From Eledone cirrhosa (taxonomy: Eukaryota), in contig OZ024743.1 of NCBI GenBank assembly GCA_964016885.1, positions 242,172,001-242,236,000 on the forward strand: a DNA stretch of 64,000 nt. The letters run 5' to 3'. Within the stretch, counting starts at the first letter, position 1. The number at the start of each line of letters is the position of its first letter. Of this stretch, positions 38,708 through 51,500 are shown one piece after another. The notes under the pieces are model-generated. The model saw only the letters and a list, made by a program, of their open reading frames with translations. It made no database searches and was not told where the DNA came from. The position numbers were made by a program, and so were the translations under genes.

Positions 38708-38710
<3 letters not shown>
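38513..38710 (+). mobile_element. Perfect 59-bp-arm palindrome plus tail (family also at 40938-40990 and 42151-42300)
   Basis: Arms 38513-38571 and 38573-38631 with a 1-nt spacer; contains GAAACGGCT..AGCTGTC (HHR stem III half); inserted in (TA)n. Confidence 0.75.
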
Positions 38711-38759
<49 letters not shown>

Positions 38760-38775
38760 ATGTGTGTGTGTGTGT

Positions 38776-38823
<48 letters not shown>

Positions 38824-38928
38824 ACGTCACTATATCTGTGAGTATGTAAGAATGTATGTAAAATATAAGCCAAATTTTGGCATATATATATATATACATA
38901 TATATATATATGTATACATATATGTATG

Positions 38929-38987
<59 letters not shown>

Positions 38988-39020
38988 GTATACATATATG
39001 TATGTATATATATATATATG

Positions 39021-39055
<35 letters not shown>

Positions 39056-39449
39056 CAAGCTCGTGCAGTGTAACGTGATATACTACCGCCAGTTTTGAAG
39101 TAGAATATCATTAGATAAACGATCGAAGCTTTATCTTAGCAAAGAATTCTTCACCGAAATTGACGTATAGGATCGCCATTTTCAAAACACCATTATCATA
39201 CGACGGAACCAAGAGAACTGACGCCGTTAAATCAACAAAGAACAAAGTATTTACTTTGGCTTTCCTCGTCATTTTTCTCCCGTTTATACCTTCTTCTCCC
39301 CCCCGCTCTCTCTCTGTCTATCTATCTCTCCCTCTTTTACCACTTGCTCGCTTACACCACTTTCTCTCTATCTCTCTCTTCACCCTCTCTTTCCATATAT
39401 ATGTACTCTTTTAATCTCTTACCTGTTCCAGCCATCCGGCTGAGGCCAT

Positions 39450-39482
<33 letters not shown>

Positions 39483-39489
39483 GTATATA

Positions 39490-39763
39490 TATTATTGAGA
39501 ATAATAATAAATGAAGACATTCACATAATCAAAATATATGTTTTATTATATATATTTCGAAGGTACTGTGCTTTTTTCTCAGTATGTCCTCGTCAGATAA
39601 AATACATGAATTGATGTATTACATACCTCAACTGTCTTGATAGTTCAATTCCAGTATTGGCAGTCTACTTCCAGTATACTGACAATACTGGAATTGAACT
39701 AACAAGACAGTTGATGTATGTCATACATCAATTCATGTATTTTATCTGACGAGGACGTACTGA
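39490..39763 (-). mobile_element. Hairpin element with hammerhead (same family as 45744-46088)
   Basis: Imperfect IR arms 39579-39664 and 39678-39763; complete HHR on the minus strand. Confidence 0.75.
39541..39602 (-). ncRNA. Type-I minimal hammerhead ribozyme motif
   Basis: TTTTAT-CTGACGA-GGACATACTG..CAGTACCTTC-GAAA-TATAT-ATA-ATAAAA. Confidence 0.75.
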
Positions 39764-39779
39764 AAAAACAACTAACATA

Positions 39780-40830
39780 AATGTGTATTAATGCATTAAA
39801 AATCCTGCATCTGACTTTGTCTCCTGGGAAACGAACAATTTCCCCTGAGACTGATGTTGTATATATATTGTCACGTTGGCCTACCTGTTGTTGCTTTGTA
39901 GTTGGTGATAGCTCAGAGGTTCTTGGCTTTCAGTTTTCACACTTCATACCTAGCCCGAAATAATTTTAGAAACATTTCCAGAGAAACAATTAGATCAATC
40001 CTTCTATTCAGGTGAACTCCAAATCCTTGAAAATCTTGATTTGTGCTGCTGAATTGTACACAAACTAAATTCTAGATCTTGGGCATCAGACCAATTTCCA
40101 GAGAGTTCACTTTGTCTGAAGTAAGATATGAAGGACAAACATTGGAATGCCAATGTTTGTCCTTCATATCTTACTTCAGGTGTTTGTTCCAAGTCACTTT
40201 CAATATCTCAGAGTATATTTTAAATGTAGTCATACTCATCTATGAGGGCTTCATTTCTCGCTGACCAATGTGTGTTTGATATATACTTCACTACTAGTGC
40301 TCCTTTCATACCTTCCAAAGACTTCATTATATTTTCCCATCTTCATGTTGATGGAGAAGAAAAAGGTGTATAACCTATGTGTGAAGCCAAAATAATCGAC
40401 AGCTTCATGACAGAATGAGGCAGTAACATGTTCAACTAAATTCAATGAGTTAGTAACAAAAAGGATGAAAATAGCTGCCGGGTTCTTATCCTTATGCCTG
40501 GGTTGCATTCCTGTGTAATAATTAGATATATTGTTGGCAATGTCATAGGATTGCCCCTTGTAGTCTTCAAAATCAATCCCATCATTAAAAAAAAAATTAT
40601 AGCAAAGAAATAGCTAGTACTTCAGCCTTGCGCAAACCAGCCAGCAGGAAAGCCAAATATATTCTACCGGCTTCCTCGAAAGAAGATATTGCACAATAAA
40701 TGTAAACTGATCAACATGAGCCAGGTCCGCAGTGAAATCTACTGAAATTGGGAAGTACAGTATTTGATGGCATATAGTACCTTCTGTCATGTAGGATCCT
40801 CTTATCACTTGAAATTTGAAAAACGGCAGT
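39780..40830 (-). pseudogene. hAT transposase remnant
   Basis: ISVDFTADLAHVDQFTFIVQY, GIDFEDYKGQSYDIANNIS...GMQ, AIFI....NSLNLV, YFG...LYTFF resemble hAT DxTxD..HxDQ, GQSYDNA.NM.G and C.AH.LNL motifs. Confidence 0.7.
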
Positions 40831-40843
40831 TTAAGAACTACAC

Positions 40844-40915
<72 letters not shown>

Positions 40916-41281
40916 CACACACACACATATATATATCATAGCCCTCGAAACGGGTTGAGCTCTGTTGTCGGGGTCTTGAACATTTTCCTATATATATATA
41001 TATATGTGTCAGATGGTAGCTAAGGTGCTTCCATGGGCGGTATGCCGGTTGAGCACTCTATGCTCTTACAGAGCAGAGTATGATATAATATAAAACGAAA
41101 AATCAGTGATGCATGTGAACTCAATTTATTGTGTGTTACAATTGTTTTGCCGGCGGACAGCTCGAGACAGGATCATTGTGTGGTTCTGTTTGATTCTGGA
41201 TCTGCAGGTTCGACGGACACGTCTAATGATTTCGGAGCAAATTCCTTCACTGTGAATTTATGCATCACTGATTTTTCGTTT

Positions 41282-41414
<133 letters not shown>

Positions 41415-41752
41415 CAGAGAAAGAGAGAGAAAATAATGTTTCGTGTGAAAGCTACCATAATGTGAATTGGCTGATAAATGTTAAATGTATGATAACAATG
41501 ATGTTGGGGTTTTACTTTGCAGATCTTTCTAGGTCCTTATATTTCGGGATAAAATCCCTTCATCAAAAACATATTAAAAGCTAATACGGGGCTGTATATT
41601 TTTTGTAGTTCTTAAACTGCGGTTTTTAAAATTTCAAAAAAATTGCTAAAGCCTATATGCGTATGAAACATCAGCTAGAAATGCTCGTTTACATATTGTG
41701 CAACTTGACTGATTAAAAGGATATATTTAGATGTGGCCCTTGTAATTATAAT

Positions 41753-41943
41753 TGTTTCTACTTTTGGCACAAGACCAGCAATTACCCAGTACGTTACTGG
41801 TACTTTATTTTATCGACCCCCGTAAGGATGAAAGGCAAAGGCAAAGTCAACCTCGGCGGGATTTGAACTCAGATCGTAAAGGGACGTAACTATGCTGGAA
41901 AGCATGGCGTCCGACCCTCTACCGATACTCCCAATTCACCGCC
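41753..41943 (-). mobile_element. SINE, full length, with target-site duplication
   Basis: GCCCTTGTAATTATAAT repeated at 41736-41752 and 41941-41957. Confidence 0.9.
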
Positions 41944-42313
41944 CTTGTAATTATAATATTTTATTTACGATCAAATGCCAACAATTGTGACGTATTATCT
42001 ACAAAGAAATAGTCATAGTTCGTACCACCAATACCATCAGTTGGCCATCACAACAACCTGTGACACAGTCACCACCTCCAACAGTAACAATAAAAACAAT
42101 AACTCTATATATGGGTCTATATTTATAAATATATCTACATATATATAATTATAGGAAAAGAGTCAGGACCCCGATGGCTGTAGAAACGGCCGGAGCTCAG
42201 CCGTAGGGGTCCTGACTCTTTTCCTATTACCCACTCTACTACCCAAAGTATTCTGGTGCGTTATGGTTCACCTGGTTCCTTACCACACTTCCTTCGTTAT
42301 ATATAATTTATAT

Positions 42314-42436
<123 letters not shown>

Positions 42437-42603
42437 ACGTGGGACCAACCATGTACACTTCCATATCTGAAAAGGTGTCGATTAAGAGTGGGAATTCGAT
42501 TGCTTGATCAAACCCAAGGTTATCGATATCGAAACAGTTGTAATATGCAATAAGTTTAATAACAATTGGTACAGTATATGGAAGGAAGATATTAGGTTAA
42601 CGC

Positions 42604-42641
42604 TTGAAATAGCGTTTCGGACGCTAGTCCGTCATCAGAAG
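42604..42641 (-). ncRNA. Hammerhead-like motif in a probable PLE pLTR remnant (about 42430-42740)
   Basis: CTT-CTGATGA-C-GGAC-TAGC-GTCC-GAAAC-GCTAT-TTC-AAG. Confidence 0.55.
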
Positions 42642-42873
42642 AAAGAATGTGAATTAAGAAGGATTGAAGGGACGGGCGGGGGTGGAATTGGTATTATACT
42701 TATAGTCTCTGTAATTTAACCTCATTTTATTGTTCTTCCGCAAAATATTCGATATGTAGTTTCCTATGATATTGTCAGTGTGCAACGCTCAGAGATCTTG
42801 AAAGATTAGTTTCAAGTCTCTAATTCAGCGATCATTGAGCCGCATGGTCGTAATACTGTATATCAATCTCTTT

Positions 42874-42939
<66 letters not shown>

Positions 42940-42996
42940 CAAAATTATCTCCTGTGATTATTCATGTTTATTTATATGTTAATCAATTTCTAGTTG

Positions 42997-43031
<35 letters not shown>

Positions 43032-43180
43032 TTAAAGTTTAAGCAAAGAATCGCTGAAAATCTGTTATTTTAATAAATTTTCTCTCCGGTTTTTATATAT
43101 TTTTATATATATATTTTCCTTATCGAGCCCTCTTCAGATTTTAGTCTTCACATTTATTATTATTACTATATATACATATA

Positions 43181-43260
43181 TACCCCACTCTCAAGAGCGT
43201 GAAACTAATAAACCTTTGTTCGTACTGCCTCTCTGTTTTGTTCCCGTTCAATTTTTGACT
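43181..43260 (+). mobile_element. Very short 3' fragment of a PLE2-related pLTR
   Basis: Matches about 19675-19755 (CCCCACTCTC..GAGCGTGAA.CTAATAAAC..TCGTACTGCCTCTCTGTT); in (TA)n. Confidence 0.8.
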
Positions 43261-43288
43261 ATATATATATATAAATTGGTGGATTTAT

Positions 43289-43329
<41 letters not shown>

Positions 43330-43737
43330 CAGGGTGACCCAAGAAATGTATACACACTTCAACAGCAAAAGAAATACATAAAAATAAATTGTTTTATAAG
43401 CATTATTTAAATTATGTAAAGGGTCGGTAGAGGGTCGGACGCCATGCTTTCCAGCATAGTTACGTCCCTTTACGATCTGAGTTCAAATCCCACCGAGGTT
43501 GACTTTGCCTTTTATCCTTACGGGGTCGATAAAATAAAATACCAGTAATGCACTGGTTAATTGCTGGCATTGTGCCTAAAGTAGAAACAATGATTTAAAT
43601 TATGTAAAGATTTGGGGTGTTTACATACAATTGAATTATGTCTGTAGATCATTTTATCTTGGGGAAAGACTGTGTATTCTAATAGATATTGCCTGTACAG
43701 GTAATCAAAGTGTGTATACATGCTTAGGGACACCCTT
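43330..43737. mobile_element. Tc1/mariner-type MITE with TA flanks, containing a SINE
   Basis: TIRs CAGGGTGACCCAAGAAATGTATACACACTT / AAGTGTGTATACATGCTTAGGGACACCCTT. Confidence 0.8.
43422..43592 (+). mobile_element. SINE with 17-bp target-site duplication
   Basis: ATTTAAATTATGTAAAG at 43405-43421 and 43593-43609. Confidence 0.9.
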
Positions 43738-43751
43738 TATGTATACATACA

Positions 43752-43785
<34 letters not shown>

Positions 43786-43833
43786 CATATCTATCTATAT
43801 ATCTATCTATCTATCTATCTTTCCCTCTCTCTC

Positions 43834-43934
<101 letters not shown>

Positions 43935-44469
43935 GTGTGTGTATAAGTGTGTGTTTGTTGGTTTCTATTTAGCGGAACCGTTTAGAAATACATTTACCAG
44001 TCGACAGGCACGCATAAAAAAAAATTTGCTTGTACCACACATTTTTTAAATCTATTTCTTAAGCTATCTATTTGTAATATCAATTTATTTTTCTTACACT
44101 GGCTGTTCTAATCAATAGGACATGCCGGAATGTTCCACACTCTTACAACCACCTCTCCCACCTCTCACGTCCCTCCCACCACTCCTACCTCTACCACCCC
44201 TCCTCCTCTCCCTCCTCTCCCACAACTCACTCCACTCGCGCCAACTGTGGTGTGCGTTGTGTATATGTGTGTATGTGGCTATTTATATGTGTGAATGTAT
44301 GTGTATGTATGCGAACGTATGTTTATGAAGGACTTTATATCTTTTGGTATTTTTCTTTAGATATTTATTCATGAATACATGCAAAGAAATACTGTGAGCA
44401 CGTGGACATGCACAAACACACGCACATAAAAACAAAAATACACCCACACACACACATAAATGTATATAT

Positions 44470-44500
<31 letters not shown>

Positions 44501-44568
44501 CGCGCGTGTGTGTATTAGAAAATGAGCATTTTTTAAATAAAAAACGAGATGTCCTACACGCGTGAAAG

Positions 44569-44821
44569 TATAAAGGAAAGAAATCGAAAATGTAACTGGA
44601 GTCTTTTCAAGGATATGTATTTATTTCCTTTACCAGTTTCACAGTTCTTATGCTTTTCAAAAGTAGAATTGAGATGGAGGAGGGTTTGTGGTTTAAGACA
44701 AACCACAAACCCTCCTCCATCTCAATTCTACTTTTGAAAAGCATAAGAACTGTGAAACTGGTAAAGGAAATAAATACATATCCTTGAAAAGACTCCAGTT
44801 ACATTTTCGATTTCTTTTCTT

Positions 44822-44825
<4 letters not shown>
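44569..44825. mobile_element. 126-bp-arm palindrome with a U3-A8 hammerhead-like motif in each arm
   Basis: Arms 44569-44694 and 44700-44825, about 1 mismatch; CTT-TTGAAAA-GCA-TAAGAAC-TGT-GAAAC-TG-GTA-AAG at 44731-44766. Confidence 0.7.
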
Positions 44826-44889
<64 letters not shown>

Positions 44890-45010
44890 TGTGTGTGTAT
44901 AGAGAGAGAGAGATATATATACAAAGAAGGTATAAATCCGAGCGCAACGCTTGACGGTTTCGGCATACATTGAGTACAAACTTAATTTAAGGTCTCAGCA
45001 CCGTGGACTT

Positions 45011-45053
<43 letters not shown>

Positions 45054-45791
45054 CATATATACATGCATGCATGCATACATTCATGCATACATTCATGTAT
45101 GTATGTATGTATGTATGTATGTATACATGCATGCATACATTCATGCTTGCATACATGCATACATACATACATACATACATACATACATACATACATACTA
45201 ACATACATATATTACATACTTAGTCACAGTCACGTGCACACCAACGTGTAGACGCGCAGAAACACAATAAGTAAAGGTGTCATTTAAATATATACACTTA
45301 TCTCCAGTTTGATATAGATGAGAATTGATAGCACTATGGCGATTCTGGGTCAATCACTCATGCATGTGCACATGCTCAGACGAACCTATCTATACAGTAG
45401 TGTTCTTGTGTTGAAGTTCCCGTTTTAGCTTATTCTTTGTTTTCGCCTGTGAATGTATATGCTTGTATAGTTCAAACTGATATGTGTCAGTGGTACAGTT
45501 TCTATCTACTTTATGATGTATATAAGTATAGACTATCCTGTACACGTATGCTTGTGTATGACTGAGTTGCTGTACGTGTGCAAGTGTGTCTGTATACATG
45601 TATATATGTATATATGTATATATGTATGTGTATATATATATATATATATTTAAAGGTTAAACAAGGTTCAATGAATAAATCAATGAATAAAGTTTTACAA
45701 TAGATTAGAAGCACTCCACAGCAATGGTTTTCGAGTGTTATTAATATTAATTCAAAATATTAACAAAAATAGACATTCGTGTGATCAAGTA

Positions 45792-45858
45792 TATTTTATT
45801 ATACATATTTCAGAGCTACTGAGCTATCTTCAACAGTACGTCTTCATCAGATAAAATA
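45792..45858 (-). ncRNA. Type-I minimal hammerhead ribozyme motif (mirror copy)
   Basis: TATTTTAT-CTGATGA-AGACGTACTG..CAGTAGCTCT-GAAA-TATGT-ATA-ATAAAATA. Confidence 0.72.
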
Positions 45859-45973
45859 AGATGATGCATGACATACCGTGACTAAGTAGATGGTTAAAAT
45901 TCAGTCATGGCAGAATTTTAACCATGACTGAATTTTAACCATCTACTTAGTCAAGATATGTCATGCATCATCT

Positions 45974-46040
45974 TATTTTATCTGATGAGGACGTACTGTT
46001 GAAGATAGCTCAGTACCTCTGAAATATGTATAATAAAATA
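45974..46040 (+). ncRNA. Type-I minimal hammerhead ribozyme motif
   Basis: TATTTTAT-CTGATGA-GGACGTACTG..CAGTACCTCT-GAAA-TATGT-ATA-ATAAAATA; 8-bp stem I; predicted cut after 46032. Confidence 0.8.
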
Positions 46041-46491
46041 TACTTGATCACACGAATGTCTATTTTTGTTAATATTTTGAATTAATATATATATATTCAA
46101 ATCAATATATATATATTCAAATCAACAGACAGCGAAAGACGCGTTCCGAATTGTCCGACAGACAACCTTTTCCCCCACCCCGGAAAAAAACCCCAGTTGA
46201 TGGATGTGAATCCGAAATATATAGGGACTATTAAATCTCTCCCAAGGTAACTCTCTCTCTTGTGTTGTTATTATTATTTTTATTCTTTTACTCTTCCCTT
46301 CATTCTACACATCTCACACATCTTATACACACCACGCATCTCAACGTACACCCACTTACATATCTCTCTCTCCACCACCGGACCTTGTTACCCGGAGATT
46401 TACCCATCTGCATTGTCGAGGCTTCCAAACGACTTATAAATATTTACTTATTGTTCCACAATGCTTCAAGCAAACTTCAATACTCTCATAT

Positions 46492-46522
<31 letters not shown>

Positions 46523-46742
46523 CATATACATATATATGGAAAGTGATATAAGGCTAAACAACGCCAAATGGATGGTAAGATGGAGGTAACTAACAAGTAA
46601 GTTACCTGGTAATCTTTGTTCTGTTTTGTTTTCTCTGTTGTGGCTATCGTTCCCTTTGTCCTAATATTTCGGAATTTAAAGTTCCCTTCTTAGGAGTATA
46701 AGAAACTTTCAGAAAAAACTGTTCCGGTTTCTTCTCTTTAGG

Positions 46743-46785
<43 letters not shown>

Positions 46786-46989
46786 GTGTGTATGTGTGTG
46801 TGTGTACGTGTGTGTATGCATGTTTGTTTGTGTACGTGTGTGCGCACGTGTGTGTATGCATGCGCTCTCGCGAACATTCCCTTCGTCAGATATCGGCATC
46901 TTCCGACAGTTGCCAAAATCGTTTAGATCTCTAGTGGACATTAATTAGTATATTTGTGTGAGAATTTAATTTGATATATATATTTATGA

Positions 46990-47120
46990 ACTGGTAATTT
47001 ATCCACCCCAGGAGGGTAAAAGGCCAAGTTGAATTTAATGGGATTTGAACTCAGAACGCAGAGACGTAACAAATACCCAGACATCTATTTCGAGAGCTCT
47101 CATGACTGTCAACTCAACAC
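46990..47120 (-). mobile_element. Old degenerate SINE
   Basis: GGATTTGAACTCAGAACG and a decayed core. Confidence 0.55.
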
Positions 47121-48384
47121 CTCGTGTGAGATAAACTATGTATGAAAGGACGTAGATATACTAAGAGACAGGGTGGTCATGGCTGGAGAAATTTGGATTA
47201 TAGCTCTCTTCATTAGCTCATTGTGGGCTGACGTACCGTTAAACTGCAACAGCAACAAGAACATTAAAAATATATATTTAAAAAGTAATTAATTACATTT
47301 TGCCTCGAGTAGACTTGAAACTATTTATAAGGGGTGTCTACAAACCAATATTGCCAGGAATCGAAAACAGATTTTCTTTTGTTATTTTTAAGTGGAAGGT
47401 GAACAAAAAGCTGCAATATTTAGATATACATAATAGAAGTTGTTAGGAAAATGTCGAGATAGGACGGAATCGATAAGACTGGACAGATTCAGAATGATGT
47501 TGGTGGTAAAAATAACATAAATAATTACATTATTAATGAGTAGAGATAGAATGAAAACATAAAACAAAATAATCACCATAAATCTACTTGCTAAGCCGAT
47601 AATTAATTATAGTTTTGATATAGTCGTTGGAAAATTAAATTAACTTAGATGGTAGATAGGAAAATTATTATAGATTCTAGAGAAATACCACTCGAAATAC
47701 GATTTCTGACATAATATACTTGGTGACTAATTACACAGCCGACGATTATTTGACAGAACATCTTCACCCAAACAATATATGGTATACAAGACGATAGGAC
47801 AACCATGCATTAGTTCGTTATGCTAGACATGGCAGCTAAATCTTCCTATTGTCGAAGTATGAGTACATGAGATAATGTAGTCTAAGATACAGTATATTTG
47901 AAAACACAGATAAATGTCTTTTTCGATCGCCTCGAGTCGTCTGTAGACTTGTGAGTGGAATTTTGGTAAGTGGAAACAATGGAACGTACCTGCAATTGAA
48001 AGTTTCAAGCTTGTCTCATATATCACGATGATTCAGACTGTGAATTATAGTAACGTTGTAATACTCAGCCACTTACACTTAACTGTAACGAGTTAATTGA
48101 AAAAATGAACGTTCCATCACATCTATATGAAATTCTTGACTTAAACACACTTGATGAATTAAGATGGATTGGAGCCGAGCTGGAGCTAACCAACACTTTC
48201 TGTTAAAACGGCAGTGTAGGATTTGAAGGAAACATGGATACTATATTTGTATGAACCAATGAGAGTCACAAAAGAAAATGTGGGTAGGGCTAAACTGAGG
48301 CAGACGCAACAGTTAAAGAGGATGTTTAGGACGTGAATTGAAGGACATTTGTTGCTGTTTCTTACAGGTCGAATGACAACATAT

Positions 48385-48560
48385 AATTGTTTCTACTTTT
48401 TTGGCACAAGGCCAGCAATTATCCCAGTGCATTTTATCGACCCCCTAAGGATGAAAGGCAAAGTTAACCTCGGCGGGATTTGAAATCAGACCGTAAAGGG
48501 GCGTAACTCTATGCTGCAAAGGATGGGGTCCGACCCTCTACCGTATCCATCTATTAGTGG
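48385..48560 (-). mobile_element. SINE, internally deleted
   Basis: Same tail, core and head as the other copies. Confidence 0.8.
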
Positions 48561-48599
48561 TGTATTGGCGGTGTAGGCATTGGTAAAAGAGATTGGGGG

Positions 48600-51500
48600 G
48601 ATGAGATTGAAAATGGTAGTATGGTTGTGATGGTATAGGTGTGATGGTAGGTTGTGATAGTATAGGAGTTATGGTATGGTTGTGATTGCATGGTTGTGAT
48701 TGTATCGTATTGGTGGTATGGGTATGGTAGTATGGTTGCTGTGGCATGGGTGTGGTGGTATGATTGTGGTAGTGTGATTGTTGTGGTATAGGTGTGACTG
48801 TGCTGTTGCGATGGTATGGATGTTATAGTGCTGTGGTGGTATGTGTGTGATGTTAGGTTGTGATGGTATTGTTCTGGTGGTATGGTTATGATTGCATTGT
48901 TGTGGTGGTATCGGTGTGCTAGCATGGCTGTTGTGGTATAGGTGTGATAGTGCTGTTGTGGTGGTATGGTTGTGATGGTATGGGCGTGATGGTATAGATG
49001 TGATGGTTTGGCTGTAGTGGTAAGACGGTGATGGTTTGGATGTGGTGATATGGGTGTAGTGGTATGACAGGGAGGGTATGGATGTGATGGTTTGGGTGTA
49101 GTGGGATGAGAGTGATGGTATGGGTGTAGTGGTATGAGAGTGAGGGTATAGATGTGATGGTTAGGGTGTAGTGGGATAAGAGTGATGGTATGGGTGTAGT
49201 GGTATGACAGTGAGGGTATGGATGTGATGGTTTGGGTGTAGTGGGATAAGAGTGATGGTATGGGTGTAGTGGTATGACAGTGAGGGTATGGATGTGATGG
49301 TTTGGGTGTAGTGGGATGAGAGTGATGGTATTGATGTGGTGGTTTGGGTGTAGTGGGATGAGAATGATGGTTGGGTGTAGTGGTATGACAGTGAGGGTAT
49401 GGGTGTGATGGTTTGGGTGTAGTGGGATGAGAGTGATGGTATGGGTGTAGTGGTATGACAGTGAGGGTATGGATGTGATGGTTTGGGTGTAGTGGTATGA
49501 CAGTGATGGTATTGATGTGGTGGTTTGGGTGTAGTGGGATGAGAGTGATGGTATGGGTGTAGTGGTATGACAGTGATGGTATGGATGTGATGGTTTGGGT
49601 GTAGTGGTATGAGAGTGATGGTATGGATATGGTGGTTTGGGTGTAGTGGTATGAGAGTGTGGGTACGGATATGGTGGTTTGTGTGTATTGATATGGCAGT
49701 GATGGTATAGATGTGGTAGTATGTGTGTAGTGGTATGACAGTCATGATATGGAGGTGATGGTATGTGTAGTAGTATGACAGTGATGATATGGATGTGGTG
49801 GTTAGGTGTTGTGGTATGACGGTGATGGTATGGATGTGATGGTTTTGTTGCTGTGGTATAGGTGTGGTGGTATGGATGTGATGGTTTGGGTGTGGTGGTA
49901 TGACAGTGATGTTATGGATGTGATTATTTGGGTGTGCTGGTATGGGTGTGGTGGTTTGGATGTAGTAGTATGACAGTGATGGTATGGATGTAGTAGTATG
50001 ACAGTGATGGTATGGATGTGATGGTTTGGGTGTAGAGGTATGAGAGTCATGGTATGGATGTGGTGGTTTAGGTGTAGTGGTATGACAGACATGCTATGTT
50101 TGTAGTGGTATGGCAGTGATGGTTTTGGTCTAGTGGTATGAGTGATGTTATGGATGTGATGGTTAGGGTGTGGTGGTATGTCAGTAATAGTATGGATGTA
50201 ATGGTTTGGGTGTAGTGGTATGATAGTGATAGTATGGTTGTAGTGGTATGGCAGTGATGATATAGATGTGGTGGTATGGTAGTGATGGTATGTATGTGGT
50301 GGTTTGGGTGTAGTGGGATGAGAATGATGGTTGGGTGTAGTGGTATGACAGTGAGGGTATGGGTGTGATGGTTTGGGTGTAGTGGGATGAGAGTGATGGT
50401 ATGGGTGTAGTGGTATGACAGTGAGGGTATGGATGTGATGGTTTGGGTGTAGTGGTATGACAGTGATGGTATTGATGTGGTGGTTTGGGTGTAGTGGGAT
50501 GAGAGTGATGGTATGGGTGTAGTGGGATGAGAGTGATGGTATGGGTGTAGTGGTATGACAGTGATGGTATGGATGTGATGGTTTGGGTGTAGTGGTATGA
50601 GAGTGATGGTATGGATATGGTGGTTTGGGTGTAGTGGTATGAGAGTGTGGGTACGGATATGGTGGTTTGTGTGTATTGATATGGCAGTGATGGTATAGAT
50701 GTGGTAGTATGTGTGTAGTGGTATGACAGTCATGATATGGAGGTGATGGTATGTGTAGTAGTATGACAGTGATGATATGGATGTGGTGGTTATGTGTTGT
50801 GGTATGACGGTGATGGTATGGATGTGATGGTTTTGTTGCTGTGGTATAGGTGTGGTGGTATGGATGTGATGGTTTGGGTCTGGTGGTATGACAGTGATGT
50901 TATGGATGTGATTATTTGGGTGTGCTGGTATGGGTGTGGTGGTTTGGATGTAGTAGTATGACAGTGATGGTATGGATGTGATGGTTTGGGTGTAGAGGTA
51001 TGAGAGTCATGGTATGGATGTGGCGGTTTAGGTGTAGTGGTATGACAGACATGCTATGTTTGTAGTGGTATGGCAGTGATGGTTTTGGTCTAGTGGTATG
51101 AGTGATGTTATGGATGTGATGGTTAGGGTGTGGTGGTATGTCAGTAATAGTATGGATGTAATGGTTTGGGTGTAGTGGTATGATAGTGATAGTATGGTTG
51201 TAGTGGTATGGCAGTGATGATATAGATGTGGTGGTATGGTAGTGATGGTATGTATGTGATGGTTTGGGTGTAGTGGGATGAGAGTGATGGTATTGATGTG
51301 GTGGTTTGGGTGTAGTGGGATGAGAATGATGGTTGGGTGTAGTGGTATGACAGTGAGGGTATGGGTGTGATGGTTTGGGTGTAGTGGGATGAGAGTGATG
51401 GTATGGGTGTAGTGGTATGACAGTGAGGGTATGGATGTGATGGTTTGGGTGTAGTGGTATGACAGTGATGGTATTGATGTGGTGGTTTGGGTGTAGTGGG

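Larger units (their letters stand above)
45744..46088. mobile_element. 167-bp-arm palindrome with two divergent hammerheads
   Basis: Arms 45744-45910 and 45922-46088 with a few mismatches. Confidence 0.8.

Noticed and set aside
43105-43140. CTGAAGA...GAAA on the minus strand as a complete hammerhead
   Set aside because: Stem II does not pair; at most a truncated inverted scrap.
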